Part shown: piece by piece, positions 26,104 through 34,997 of the stretch
Numbering within the stretch: position 1 is the stretch's first letter
How the letters are laid out: each line of letters begins with the position of its first letter
DNA from: a virus
Taxonomy: Duplodnaviria > Heunggongvirae > Uroviricota > Caudoviricetes
IMG/VR virus record: IMGVR_UViG_3300042889_001305
DNA length: 64,000 nucleotides
Reading direction: 5' to 3' (one strand)
Position numbers and translations under genes: made by a program
The notes under the pieces: generated by a model
Told to the model about the DNA's origin: nothing
Seen by the model: the letters and a program-made list of their open reading frames with translations, nothing else
Database searches by the model: none

Positions 26104-28347
26104 CTAGTCATCTAAATCATCACCACTTTCGGTATCGTATGCAGTATTTTCATTATCTACCATTGTATCTGGAACTTTCCCATCACCTGTGAATGAATAT
26201 TGTGGCCCACCTCCTGCTCTACCTGCAGTTCTTCTAGTTCTATATGTAATCGAATAATCATTAGGTTCATTTGTACCTTTATCAGTTACAAAATGTGGTT
26301 CACCATTATCATCATAATATTGTTTATTATGTTCTAATCCGTATCCATCTGAAGTTCTAATACTATTCGCATCGTTAATCATACAAAGTGCAACTTCAAC
26401 AGGTACTTCTCCTTTTTTATTACGAGCATTACCTACATTATTTTTACCTATTAATTTTTCAATTTTTTCTTCGGTCATTATTTTACCCATCCTAGTCGCA
26501 TATTCCTTATCGATTCCAGCCAACCTTTTACCAAACTCTTCCCAATATTTATCTTTACTAGGAAATGAAGTTGATGCCATTTCCTGTTTTATTTTTTCAA
26601 TTTCAGATGTGTATTCTGCTATAATAGTAGCATATTCATTTAATTCTTTTTCATCGAATACCCCTGTTAATCCAATTTCACCTAATGAATTTATTACGAA
26701 TTTTTTAGTTTTATCGATAGTTTCCTCTTTAGTATCTCCTCTATATAGTTCATCATTTAATACTAATAAATGACCACCTTCTCCTAAATACTGACCAGTC
26801 ATTTCTCTTTTGTTTGGGTCTGGATGTACCGATTGAATAGCTTTTGCATTTGCAGGGCAACCATACGTTCTACCTGATTTACCAAACTTACAACTAATCA
26901 ATGAAACCATACCACTACCATCTTTCATAATAACATCTCCTGCTGGGAAATTACCCTTAGATGGTAAGTACACTTCTTCTCCTCTTGCCAATAGGGTTTC
27001 ATATAAACGATTTTCAGCTAATTGTTTCATTACCGCAGAAGCAGCATCTGCATCTGCCTCGTGTAAATCAACCATCATTTGATTATAAGACTCATCAATT
27101 GCTGTAGCTAATTCTTCAGATGGTGATTCGTATTTATCTAATAGACTTTGTAATCTATTTTTATGATTTTGTAACGCAGAAACAAATTTTTCATCAATTT
27201 CACCATTCTTAGACATGTCAGTTGCGACTTGAATTGTTCTATCTAATGCCGGATTTTTAAAACTTTGTTCCAAATATTCTTTTGAGTATTTATTACTCGG
27301 CATTTTAGGATTTCCACTCTCATCCATAACTGAAAAGAATCCCCATAATGATTCATTTACTCTACTTAAAATTGGATTACTTTGGAAAAATTCCTTTACT
27401 TGTTTATATTTTTTTGGATTTGCTTCGTTTTCTTTACCTAAATCCGGTTTAGCTGCGGATGATAATTTATCCTTAATACCCTTTTGATTATGTTCTCTTA
27501 CTTCCGCGTGTTGTTTTACTCTATTAACTAATTCTGCTGCTGATGCAGTTCCTGCTTTTCCTGAAATGATTTTTCGATTTCCACCCAATGCATTAAAATA
27601 TGCTTTAGTTCCGTTATCATTGGTAGAGAATTTCATATTATCCACTAACCATTGTGCACTCTCTTTTTTTAATTCATCTGATGAATTCTCATCATAAAGA
27701 TTTTCAATTCTACTTAATGCTTCATTTACTAATTCCTGTTGTTGTGCATTTAGAAATTGGGTATTTTCACCAATTCTTCTTTGAAAATCATTTATAGCAG
27801 ATTGGTCTTTTTTAGAATATTTTCGATTGGATTCTCTAGCTGCTTTCTCCGATGCTTCTTTCTCTTTCTTAAATCGTTCTTGAGATTGAGGGTCTTGTAA
27901 TGAAGTTCCCTTTTCCGGTTCTGCAGGTGGTTGTTCACCCCCTACCGCTTGACCTTCTTCCCCGTTACCTTTTTCCTGTGGTTTAGCGTTTGGATTGTTA
28001 GTTGGTCCGCCCTCTTCACCAGCTTTATTTTTTTGTTTTTCATATTCATCATCACTTACCGGTGAATATTTTCCATTATCATCTTTTTTAAATTTCTGTG
28101 CACCTTCTTTACCTTCATCACTTACTTTTACATAGAATCCCTGTCCAACGTGTTTGTATTGAGCATCTTCTTCTCCACCTTCGGTTAAATTTTGGATTAG
28201 TTCCGATTCCATTGAACTCAAACCCCATTCTGATAGAATATCTGATATTAGGTCTTGATGTTCTTTTTTAGCGAGTATAGGATACCCTTCGGTACTCCTA
28301 TAAGAAAGTTCACGTAATAATTTATTGAAAAATTGATTTGAAGTCAT
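26104..28347 (-). CDS. Large hypothetical protein with an acidic/Lys-rich, probably disordered region (residues about 50-200)
   Basis: 747 aa. The low-complexity segment is EGGEEDAQ...KGNGEEGQAVGGEQPPAEPEKG. The C-terminus is acidic (ESGDDLDD). No catalytic motif recognised. Confidence 0.5.
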   Translation of the reverse strand: MTSNQFFNKLLRELSYRSTEGYPILAKKEHQDLISDILSEWGLSSMESELIQNLTEGGEEDAQYKHVGQGFYVKVSDEGKEGAQKFKKDDNGKYSPVSDDEYEKQKNKAGEEGGPTNNPNAKPQEKGNGEEGQAVGGEQPPAEPEKGTSLQDPQSQERFKKEKEASEKAARESNRKYSKKDQSAINDFQRRIGENTQFLNAQQQELVNEALSRIENLYDENSSDELKKESAQWLVDNMKFSTNDNGTKAYFNALGGNRKIISGKAGTASAAELVNRVKQHAEVREHNQKGIKDKLSSAAKPDLGKENEANPKKYKQVKEFFQSNPILSRVNESLWGFFSVMDESGNPKMPSNKYSKEYLEQSFKNPALDRTIQVATDMSKNGEIDEKFVSALQNHKNRLQSLLDKYESPSEELATAIDESYNQMMVDLHEADADAASAVMKQLAENRLYETLLARGEEVYLPSKGNFPAGDVIMKDGSGMVSLISCKFGKSGRTYGCPANAKAIQSVHPDPNKREMTGQYLGEGGHLLVLNDELYRGDTKEETIDKTKKFVINSLGEIGLTGVFDEKELNEYATIIAEYTSEIEKIKQEMASTSFPSKDKYWEEFGKRLAGIDKEYATRMGKIMTEEKIEKLIGKNNVGNARNKKGEVPVEVALCMINDANSIRTSDGYGLEHNKQYYDDNGEPHFVTDKGTNEPNDYSITYRTRRTAGRAGGGPQYSFTGDGKVPDTMVDNENTAYDTESGDDLDD

Positions 28348-28464
28348 TTTTATTTTTTTTACCCATTACAAATATACAAAAAATATTTCGGTTTTCCTAA
28401 TTTATCTTTGCTTATTTATATAAATATCCATATTCCGAATTATATCCCGTAAGTTGTTTTTATG

Positions 28465-29082
28465 TTAAGATACATTTAGTTGTACATAATCAACCCATGG
28501 GCCGTGATTACCATTCCAGTTTCCTACATCTTGTCCGGTTATTCGAACTTCTACGGATGCTATTGTATCAAATGTTGCCGGAATTTCACTTCTATCTAAA
28601 GTCAATGTTACATCGGTATAGTTCAAAGGAGCGATACTTTGATTTGTTGTTTTTGTTACAAGGGTTGTTCCACCGGAGTTTTTAAATAATAATGTAAAAT
28701 TATAAGTATCATTATTATTTGGGCCGTTGTTCTCACGTTTAATATTAACAATTCCAGTAAAAGAATTTGCAGTAGAAACATAACTACTAACATTTACAGA
28801 TTGACTAACTGTTCTACTTACATATGTGAAGTACAATACTCCATTTAAAACTGCAGCTTGATTTGATGAATAAAAATCCCATGTTCCAAATCCACCACTT
28901 GCTGTCCATCCCGTTGTTCCGGAACTAAAGTCAGAATTGGTTAATAATTGTGTTGTAGTTGGTGATGATACTACCGAACCTGATATAATTGCTTTACCAA
29001 CAAAATCACCAAATGCTAAATTCTTACCACTTGTAGATGTTTTTAATTCAGTTATTATTCCGTTTGTTAATACTATTGCCAT
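28465..29082 (-). CDS. Hypothetical beta-rich protein, possibly carbohydrate-binding or structural
   Basis: 205 aa. S/T/N/G-rich. No motif recognised. Confidence 0.4.
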   Translation of the reverse strand: MAIVLTNGIITELKTSTSGKNLAFGDFVGKAIISGSVVSSPTTTQLLTNSDFSSGTTGWTASGGFGTWDFYSSNQAAVLNGVLYFTYVSRTVSQSVNVSSYVSTANSFTGIVNIKRENNGPNNNDTYNFTLLFKNSGGTTLVTKTTNQSIAPLNYTDVTLTLDRSEIPATFDTIASVEVRITGQDVGNWNGNHGPWVDYVQLNVS

Positions 29083-29093
29083 TTTGTTTTTCC

Positions 29094-29759
29094 TTATTTT
29101 TGTTTGAATTTAAACCCTGTTAGTTTTTCAATATCCGAAACCTCTACTTTATTATTATTTATACCATCTGGTTTAGATAAGTCGTTCTCAAATAAAAACG
29201 CAAACCATTCTTTATTTCTAACTACATAAAAAACTTTCCAACATTGTGTCGGTACGGAAATCTTTCCTATCTTTTTTAACTCACCCACATTTCCTGCCCA
29301 CACATGAACGGAATCTGATATTAGAGCAACATCTCTTGTTAGGGTTTCTAAGGATTTCCAATCTCCCGCATTTAATCTATGGTATTGTGCTACCATATTT
29401 GAATAATAGAAACTTTCATCTTGTATCGCCGGAGTTTGACATTGATTTGATTTTGCCGGCATTAGATGACCTCTATCAAATCCACTTCCTACATAATCGT
29501 TTCCAATATTGGTTTCGTTTGGTAAAAGGGGGTCGGGTTTAAAATTATCTTTACGTGGAATTGGATTTGGACAACCAATTTTTGCTTTGGTTTCCCACCA
29601 TTCTACTAAGACAGGATATCTTTTTGATTTACTAAAGTGTGAGGTGTAATTTGTGTGTTTTAAAACCACTACATCTTGTGCGAATGTTACAATTGTAACG
29701 AATGATAGCATCAACGTCATTAACGTAATCCCCACTATTGTTCCTAAATTTTTTCTCAT
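29094..29759 (-). CDS. Exported non-specific DNA/RNA endonuclease (beta-beta-alpha-Me, Serratia/EndoG family)
   Basis: N-terminal signal peptide MRKNLGTIVGITLMTLMLSFVTIVTFAQD. It carries the DRGH motif as GSGFDRGHLMPA. 221 aa. Confidence 0.75.
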   Translation of the reverse strand: MRKNLGTIVGITLMTLMLSFVTIVTFAQDVVVLKHTNYTSHFSKSKRYPVLVEWWETKAKIGCPNPIPRKDNFKPDPLLPNETNIGNDYVGSGFDRGHLMPAKSNQCQTPAIQDESFYYSNMVAQYHRLNAGDWKSLETLTRDVALISDSVHVWAGNVGELKKIGKISVPTQCWKVFYVVRNKEWFAFLFENDLSKPDGINNNKVEVSDIEKLTGFKFKQK

Positions 29760-29790
29760 ATACTAACTTTTCTCGTTTAGTATATAAATA

Positions 29791-31053
29791 TTAAATTTTA
29801 GAGTAATCCATGCCCCAACTCGCCTTAATTGGGAAGCCAAAACTTTCGAGCACGATTTTAATCCCCTTTGCAGACTCCATCCCCCAATTCAGAGGATACT
29901 CAAAGAGGAATGAATCATAGAGATATAGAACCGGTAGTGGAAGGTCGGATGCTTTTAATTTGTGGATGACTTCCATATTAAATTCCGTTTCGGTTGCTTG
30001 AAGGAGATAATTGAATGCCTTTTGTGGGGTTAGCCCTTCAATCCATTCGATAGGGATTTTACGCCCCTTTCCGGTTTGTATCCATCCTCTCTCCAATGAA
30101 CCGATATGGAGTTTTTGAATGAACTCATCAACCTTTTGGAAAAATGGGATACTCCTATCCTCCTCACTCACTCCACCATAAAGAATCCTAAAGGTTCGAG
30201 CCTTTGAGTCCTCATAGGAACAACCATATTGGTCTGCCAACCATTGGTGGACGGAAGTGGTTGGAAGGTCATACCCAATCAACTTGCCAATAATTCGAAC
30301 GTGATACGCATCGTAATCCATCCCTAAAAACATCGTTCCATCACGGGGAATAAAAACTTCTCTCGAACCATCCTTCTTATTCAATGCACCGAAATTGATG
30401 CCACCATGTCGATTGGAGGGACGGGAGGTTAGGGTATAGGGATTGTATTCTGTCCAAATGATTTCATTATGGAGGTGTTTAGTATTGGAAGGCCATCTAT
30501 CAATAAATTTTTTGTAGTCGACGTGGAGTCCCATTCGTTCAATATCTGAAAGGATAGGAATCATCGTATCATCAATCCACAAATCGTTTGTTGTATAAGG
30601 GATATCTTTACTAATAAGGTTTAATACCTCTACCCACTTCATTATAGGGAAACTTTTACCCAAATCATCTCTTATACCCAAACGAGTATAAAAGTTCAGG
30701 GCAGGTTCTAAAAGGGTGTTATATGGGATTGTTTTATTATGGAGGAAAAAGGATTCAGTTTCCAAATCATATAGGGATTGAATACCCAAATTCGTTTGTA
30801 GCAATCCCTTCTTATTCCACACTTTTTTAGGTTGTGTAGATTCACTAAGGTCAATTGTAATCGGTTCACAATCGGTATGGTCAAATGGAATTACCCATTC
30901 TCCCTTTGTTTCGAATCGGACATAGAGAAACGATATATAGGTATTCATTGGATGCTTTTCCAAATCAGCCCATATAGGAAAAACTATTGAGGTATGATTA
31001 CCCCAATAGTTTAAAAACTCTTGAACTTCTTGTTCGGTTTCTACTATAATCAT
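29791..31053 (-). CDS. Family A DNA polymerase-like protein (palm/fingers only, no exonuclease domain)
   Basis: FLGMDYDAYHVRIIGKL parallels motif A DYSQIELRI. KARTFRILYGG parallels motif B O-helix K-xxx-F-xxx-YG. VLYLYDSFLFE parallels motif C VHDELVFE. All three occur in canonical order within 420 aa. Confidence 0.5.
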   Translation of the reverse strand: MIIVETEQEVQEFLNYWGNHTSIVFPIWADLEKHPMNTYISFLYVRFETKGEWVIPFDHTDCEPITIDLSESTQPKKVWNKKGLLQTNLGIQSLYDLETESFFLHNKTIPYNTLLEPALNFYTRLGIRDDLGKSFPIMKWVEVLNLISKDIPYTTNDLWIDDTMIPILSDIERMGLHVDYKKFIDRWPSNTKHLHNEIIWTEYNPYTLTSRPSNRHGGINFGALNKKDGSREVFIPRDGTMFLGMDYDAYHVRIIGKLIGYDLPTTSVHQWLADQYGCSYEDSKARTFRILYGGVSEEDRSIPFFQKVDEFIQKLHIGSLERGWIQTGKGRKIPIEWIEGLTPQKAFNYLLQATETEFNMEVIHKLKASDLPLPVLYLYDSFLFEYPLNWGMESAKGIKIVLESFGFPIKASWGMDYSKI

Positions 31054-31057
31054 TTTA

Positions 31058-31089
31058 CAAAGATACGAAAAATTAGTTAGATTTCCAAA
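31058..31089 (-). promoter_or_regulatory. Host-type promoter (TTTG-N20-TATCTTTG) ending 4 nt before the ATG of the PolA-like gene
   Basis: The reverse complement reads TTTGGAAATCTAACTAATTTTTCGTATCTTTG. This implies a leaderless or near-leaderless transcript. Confidence 0.55.
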
Positions 31090-31399
31090 ATTGATACCAT
31101 TTTTTATTTTTTACATCCGGTTTTGCAAATGGTTGGGTGTTATCCCAAACATTTACTATACCCCCATACCTTACACTCATCATTTGACAAAAGATTTGAT
31201 GATATTCAGGTGGTATTCCTTCAAAATCTGCTTTGATTGATACATCTAATGATATACGGTCATCATCACCAACTATTAACCTCAAATGGTCTCTCATTTC
31301 AATAATGGTGCTCGTTTTCATTGTCAGATAACTCGCATCTCCAATATAAAATTCACTTTTCTTTTCGTTACTACTCACTTGTTTCTGTTTTTTCTTCAA
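31073..31399 (-). CDS. Hypothetical protein
   Basis: 108 aa. The track start is TTG, and the true start is uncertain. Confidence 0.35.
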   Translation of the reverse strand: MKKKQKQVSSNEKKSEFYIGDASYLTMKTSTIIEMRDHLRLIVGDDDRISLDVSIKADFEGIPPEYHQIFCQMMSVRYGGIVNVWDNTQPFAKPDVKNKKWYQFWKSN

Positions 31400-31528
31400 T
31401 GACCAAATATTTCTTATCCTTATGTTCTTTGATTATACCTGTTTGGATTAATTTATCTACCATTTTTGGATTTTGTTGTACCAATAACATAATGGTTTGT
31501 TCCATATAGATTATTTTCATATCTAATT

Positions 31529-32440
31529 TTATTGGATATTTTTAAACATTTGTGGAACTTGCCCATAGACCGGTAATTTACCATCCCATTTGTTAATATA
31601 TTCCAATTGTAACAACAATGGTGTTAGAGTTACTTGCTTCATTCGATTTGATTCCGCTTCTGCCTTTGCAGAGGTTAACATTGCCTGTGCATTACCTTCC
31701 GCAGTTGCTACTTTAATCTTCGCTTGTGCTTCAGCAGTTTTCACTTCGTTCTCTGCTCTTAATGCTGCTTGAACTGCGTTGTTCTTAGCTTCGATTGAAC
31801 GTTTGAATGTTTCTGGATAAATCAAATTCGATGTGAACTGATTAATTGTAAATCCCTCTTTTAATAATTGTCCATCTAATAACCTACGAACTTCAATTTC
31901 AAATATTGCTCTATTTGAGATTAACTCATCTGCGGTATATTTGTTAGTTGCTAATCTGAATGCATCATACACTGCTGTTTTTAAAAAGCCTTCCTCAATA
32001 TCTTCCAAAGGTCTACGATACTTAGAAAATATTGCCGGAACTTTATCCCTCTGAACTGAATAGTTCATAATCGGAGATACGTTAAATTCAGAACCATCCT
32101 TACTATTTACAATGAATGAATTTTCACCTTTGTATTCCTTATGTTGAATGAATGTAGGGAACTCATAAATCTTAGTTGTAATTGGATTATAGAATACCAT
32201 ACCGGTAACTGCTACTACATCATCCACCCCTTTGTTATCACCATATTGGTTTACTTTAACACCAACATATCCTGCATCAATTCTTTCACATGAATTGAAT
32301 AATACTACTAATAGGATAAATCCTAATACACCTGCACTAATTGCTTTAATCATTTTTTTGATTTTTAATTGTTTGTTTAATTTATATTCTTCAATCTCTT
32401 TTTGTCTTAGAGCTTGATAATCCGTATCATATACTGCCAT
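31529..32440 (-). CDS. SPFH / band-7 (stomatin/prohibitin/HflC-like) membrane protein
   Basis: One N-terminal TM helix (ISAGVLGFILLVVLF), then an SPFH-like core and an Ala/Glu/Lys-rich coiled-coil (AVQAALRAENEVKTAEAQAKIKVATAEGNAQAML). Confidence 0.7.
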   Translation of the reverse strand: MAVYDTDYQALRQKEIEEYKLNKQLKIKKMIKAISAGVLGFILLVVLFNSCERIDAGYVGVKVNQYGDNKGVDDVVAVTGMVFYNPITTKIYEFPTFIQHKEYKGENSFIVNSKDGSEFNVSPIMNYSVQRDKVPAIFSKYRRPLEDIEEGFLKTAVYDAFRLATNKYTADELISNRAIFEIEVRRLLDGQLLKEGFTINQFTSNLIYPETFKRSIEAKNNAVQAALRAENEVKTAEAQAKIKVATAEGNAQAMLTSAKAEAESNRMKQVTLTPLLLQLEYINKWDGKLPVYGQVPQMFKNIQ

Positions 32441-32441
32441 A

Positions 32442-32702
32442 TTATTTTGTTTTAGGTTTACGTTTTGGTTTTACATTTGTAGGTTCAATTGGTTTAACTT
32501 CGTCTACTGATTCATCAGGACTCCAAACCCAATCATATAATGCTAAACCACCCCAAATAAGTAATAGTAAAAGGGCAATACCACCTACTATATTAGCGAA
32601 AGTATCTGCCATTGTTAGACTAGGATACACTCCAAATTGTAATAACAACCATATTGTTATGAAAGTGAAGATTTGTTTTTTGTACTTTTTAATTTTATCC
32701 AT
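32442..32702 (-). CDS. Small membrane protein with two predicted TM helices
   Basis: FTFITIWLLLQFGVY and GGIALLLLLIWGGLALY, followed by a basic tail. It overlaps the start of the SPFH gene. Confidence 0.5.
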   Translation of the reverse strand: MDKIKKYKKQIFTFITIWLLLQFGVYPSLTMADTFANIVGGIALLLLLIWGGLALYDWVWSPDESVDEVKPIEPTNVKPKRKPKTK

Positions 32703-32715
32703 TTATTTTATTTAT

Positions 32716-33201
32716 TTACCATATTTGAAATCCTCCACAATTGCGAAGAAAGTTAATCCATTCTTTTAATCTACCTAACGATACACTATGTGATGGTTCA
32801 ACTAATGACCCATCTAATGCTACAACTGAGGTAAATAGAATATCACCATATTCGTATTGGTCATCCAATCCTTCGGTAACTTCGTTTGGTATAAATTTAC
32901 CCGTACCTGCTTCACACCACATACCCATACAAACATATAATCGGTCTTCATCTTCCGTAAGATGTTCACCATATTTTTCAGATATCAATAATTCTATTGC
33001 ATCTGCTAACTTATTACACTCACGTTGATTCTTTAAACCTTTACCATCATTTGAACCCCAATTTGTGGTATCAAACCCCAATCCCTTTAATTCGATTGCA
33101 GTTTCAGAAAGTGCTTGGATTGGTCTCCATCCCCACCAATTAGCACCGAAATAATCACCTGTTTCTATTTTGGGCTTTCTGCCCGATACATCTACTCCCA
33201 T
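32716..33201 (-). CDS. Hypothetical protein (161 aa)
   Basis: ATG start. No motif recognised. Confidence 0.4.
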   Translation of the reverse strand: MGVDVSGRKPKIETGDYFGANWWGWRPIQALSETAIELKGLGFDTTNWGSNDGKGLKNQRECNKLADAIELLISEKYGEHLTEDEDRLYVCMGMWCEAGTGKFIPNEVTEGLDDQYEYGDILFTSVVALDGSLVEPSHSVSLGRLKEWINFLRNCGGFQIW

Positions 33202-33219
33202 AATTTTATATTTTAAATT

Positions 33220-33435
33220 TTATCTATATAATGTTACAAACGAACCGAAGTTTTTATCAAACACATTTACTGCGTTTTCATAATCACTACTCATCATTTC
33301 TTTTTTGATTGCTGCAGCATCTAATCCCAATTGTTTGGCTAGATTACCGGCAGTTCCGATTAAGAAAAATACATTACCTTGTGGACCTGTAAGGTCAATC
33401 TCAATACCTTTGTTTTCTTTTTTACTTTTTATCAT
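33220..33435 (-). CDS. Hypothetical small protein
   Basis: 71 aa, ATG start. Confidence 0.35.
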   Translation of the reverse strand: MIKSKKENKGIEIDLTGPQGNVFFLIGTAGNLAKQLGLDAAAIKKEMMSSDYENAVNVFDKNFGSFVTLYR

Positions 33436-33439
33436 TGTT

Positions 33440-33787
33440 TTAATTTTTAAGTTTTAAATTTATTATATGTTTACAATCCTTACCTCTACCAAATCCATGT
33501 GCCGGACAACTACATGTCCATCTACCATTCTCACTTACCACCTCATAAATCTTACCTTTACTACCTTCAACTGAGAAAGTTTGTTTTTTTACTATTTTTG
33601 GTAGTATTACTACTGATTTTATATCATTTGTAAACTGTCGTTTAGTCCACATCTTTTCTAACTCACTCCATTCATATTTTCTATCTACCTCCACCCAACC
33701 CAATTTCGGGTCAGTCGTTACAATATACCATTGACCTGATATAATAGATTGAAACGATACTGGTGGTAAAAGTGATTCTATTTTCAT
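33440..33787 (-). CDS. SWIM zinc finger protein
   Basis: C-terminal CxC-Xn-CxH in GRWTCSCPAHGFGRGKDCKHI. Confidence 0.55.
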   Translation of the reverse strand: MKIESLLPPVSFQSIISGQWYIVTTDPKLGWVEVDRKYEWSELEKMWTKRQFTNDIKSVVILPKIVKKQTFSVEGSKGKIYEVVSENGRWTCSCPAHGFGRGKDCKHIINLKLKN

Positions 33788-33789
33788 AA

Positions 33790-34161
33790 TTATACCATTG
33801 AAAATCCAGCTACGGAATTTGTTGTTGAACGAAAGGGTTTTGATGCTTGAGCAAATCTACCCAAACTTTGAACTGAATTAGATGGTTGACCGATAGTATC
33901 CCACGGCGATTCCCATTTATCAGGTAATGTACCATCCTTCATTCGAAGTAAATGAACTGCCGGTAAAAAATCCTTTATATCACCATATTTTACCTTAAAG
34001 AAGGTATTTACCCTATTTTCTTTATCAACTAAAATAAAGAGAACTGAGCGGGATTTAACCTTACATAATTTAAGATTTCGGGTCTTAACCTTACCATTAA
34101 GGGAAACGGTCACATCAATAAATTGACCAGCGGGGGTGTTGTCAAAAATAGAAGAGTTCAT
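33790..34161 (-). CDS. Hypothetical protein
   Basis: 123 aa. A host-type promoter lies 31 nt upstream. Confidence 0.4.
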   Translation of the reverse strand: MNSSIFDNTPAGQFIDVTVSLNGKVKTRNLKLCKVKSRSVLFILVDKENRVNTFFKVKYGDIKDFLPAVHLLRMKDGTLPDKWESPWDTIGQPSNSVQSLGRFAQASKPFRSTTNSVAGFSMV

Positions 34162-34191
34162 ATTGTTTATAGTTTAATCATTTATTACAAA

Positions 34192-34224
34192 GCTAATATA
34201 CGAAGAATAGCTGAGATTTCCAAA
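34192..34224 (-). promoter_or_regulatory. Host-type promoter (TTTG-N20-TATATTAG)
   Basis: The reverse complement reads TTTGGAAATCTCAGCTATTCTTCGTATATTAG. It contains the TTCGTAT half-site. Confidence 0.45.
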
Positions 34225-34225
34225 T

Positions 34226-34447
34226 TTATTTTAATGAATAACAAAATTGATATCCACAATCCTCATCATAATCATCCTTTTCTTCAACCGATTGACCTAC
34301 TATTTCCTGTAACTTTTTCACATCAACTCTATTCCAATATCCAAATCGAAGATACACCTCATTTGAACCAAAAGCCTGGTCAATATCAAAATAACCAAAC
34401 ACCTCTTCAATTTTCTTTAATACATTAATATCAATTCTATTCATCAT
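34226..34447 (-). CDS. Hypothetical small acidic protein
   Basis: 73 aa, ATG start. Confidence 0.35.
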   Translation of the reverse strand: MMNRIDINVLKKIEEVFGYFDIDQAFGSNEVYLRFGYWNRVDVKKLQEIVGQSVEEKDDYDEDCGYQFCYSLK

Positions 34448-34475
34448 AACGTTTATATTTTAAATTTTAATAATA

Positions 34476-34835
34476 TTACAATCCTTGTTCTCTACGCAAA
34501 TCGTACTCTTCCTTTTCAATCTCTGAATACTCTGCCACTTTAAGGTAGGGTTGAAACTTTGTTTCGTAATAACCTCTAAGGTTAGCCATATCAATCATTG
34601 AATCAACGAATGATTTACGAACATAAGTCATATCAGATGAACCAAACCCCTGGTCTTCCGGCCAATCTTGATAATCTTCAGCCACATCATTTAGGGCTTC
34701 ATACACTGCATCGGAGTAAGTAATTACTCTTTTAGTAAAACGACCCTCAACAGGGAAAGCGTTTCTAACTACATCGAACCCTTCGATTAAGGAGGCGGTA
34801 GCGAGAACGGAATTAAGGTTAAATGGTAGGCTCAT
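34476..34835 (-). CDS. Hypothetical protein
   Basis: The track start is TTG at 34868. I prefer the in-frame ATG (MSLPFNLNSV...) at about 34833-34835, but it is uncertain. Confidence 0.4.
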   Translation of the reverse strand: MSLPFNLNSVLATASLIEGFDVVRNAFPVEGRFTKRVITYSDAVYEALNDVAEDYQDWPEDQGFGSSDMTYVRKSFVDSMIDMANLRGYYETKFQPYLKVAEYSEIEKEEYDLRREQGL

Positions 34836-34878
34836 AATTTTATATTTTAAAGGTTTATTATCTCTCAATCTTATACAG

Positions 34879-34910
34879 CTAAACTACACATTATTTTCCA
34901 CATTTCCAAA
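34879..34910 (-). promoter_or_regulatory. Host-type promoter (TTTG-N20-TAGTTTAG)
   Basis: The reverse complement reads TTTGGAAATGTGGAAAATAATGTGTAGTTTAG. Confidence 0.4.
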
Positions 34911-34944
34911 TATTTTACCGCTTATTTTTCATTTATTTTTAGAC

Positions 34945-34975
34945 AAAAAATAACTCATTGATTTTCAATGAGTTA
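34945..34975 (-). terminator. Rho-independent terminator after gene 34998-35729
   Basis: Perfect 10 bp inverted repeat taactcattg / caatgagtta with a 5 nt loop. An A6 run on the plus strand gives a U-run on the minus transcript. Confidence 0.6.
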
Positions 34976-34997
34976 TAATATGTTGGTAATCAATTGG

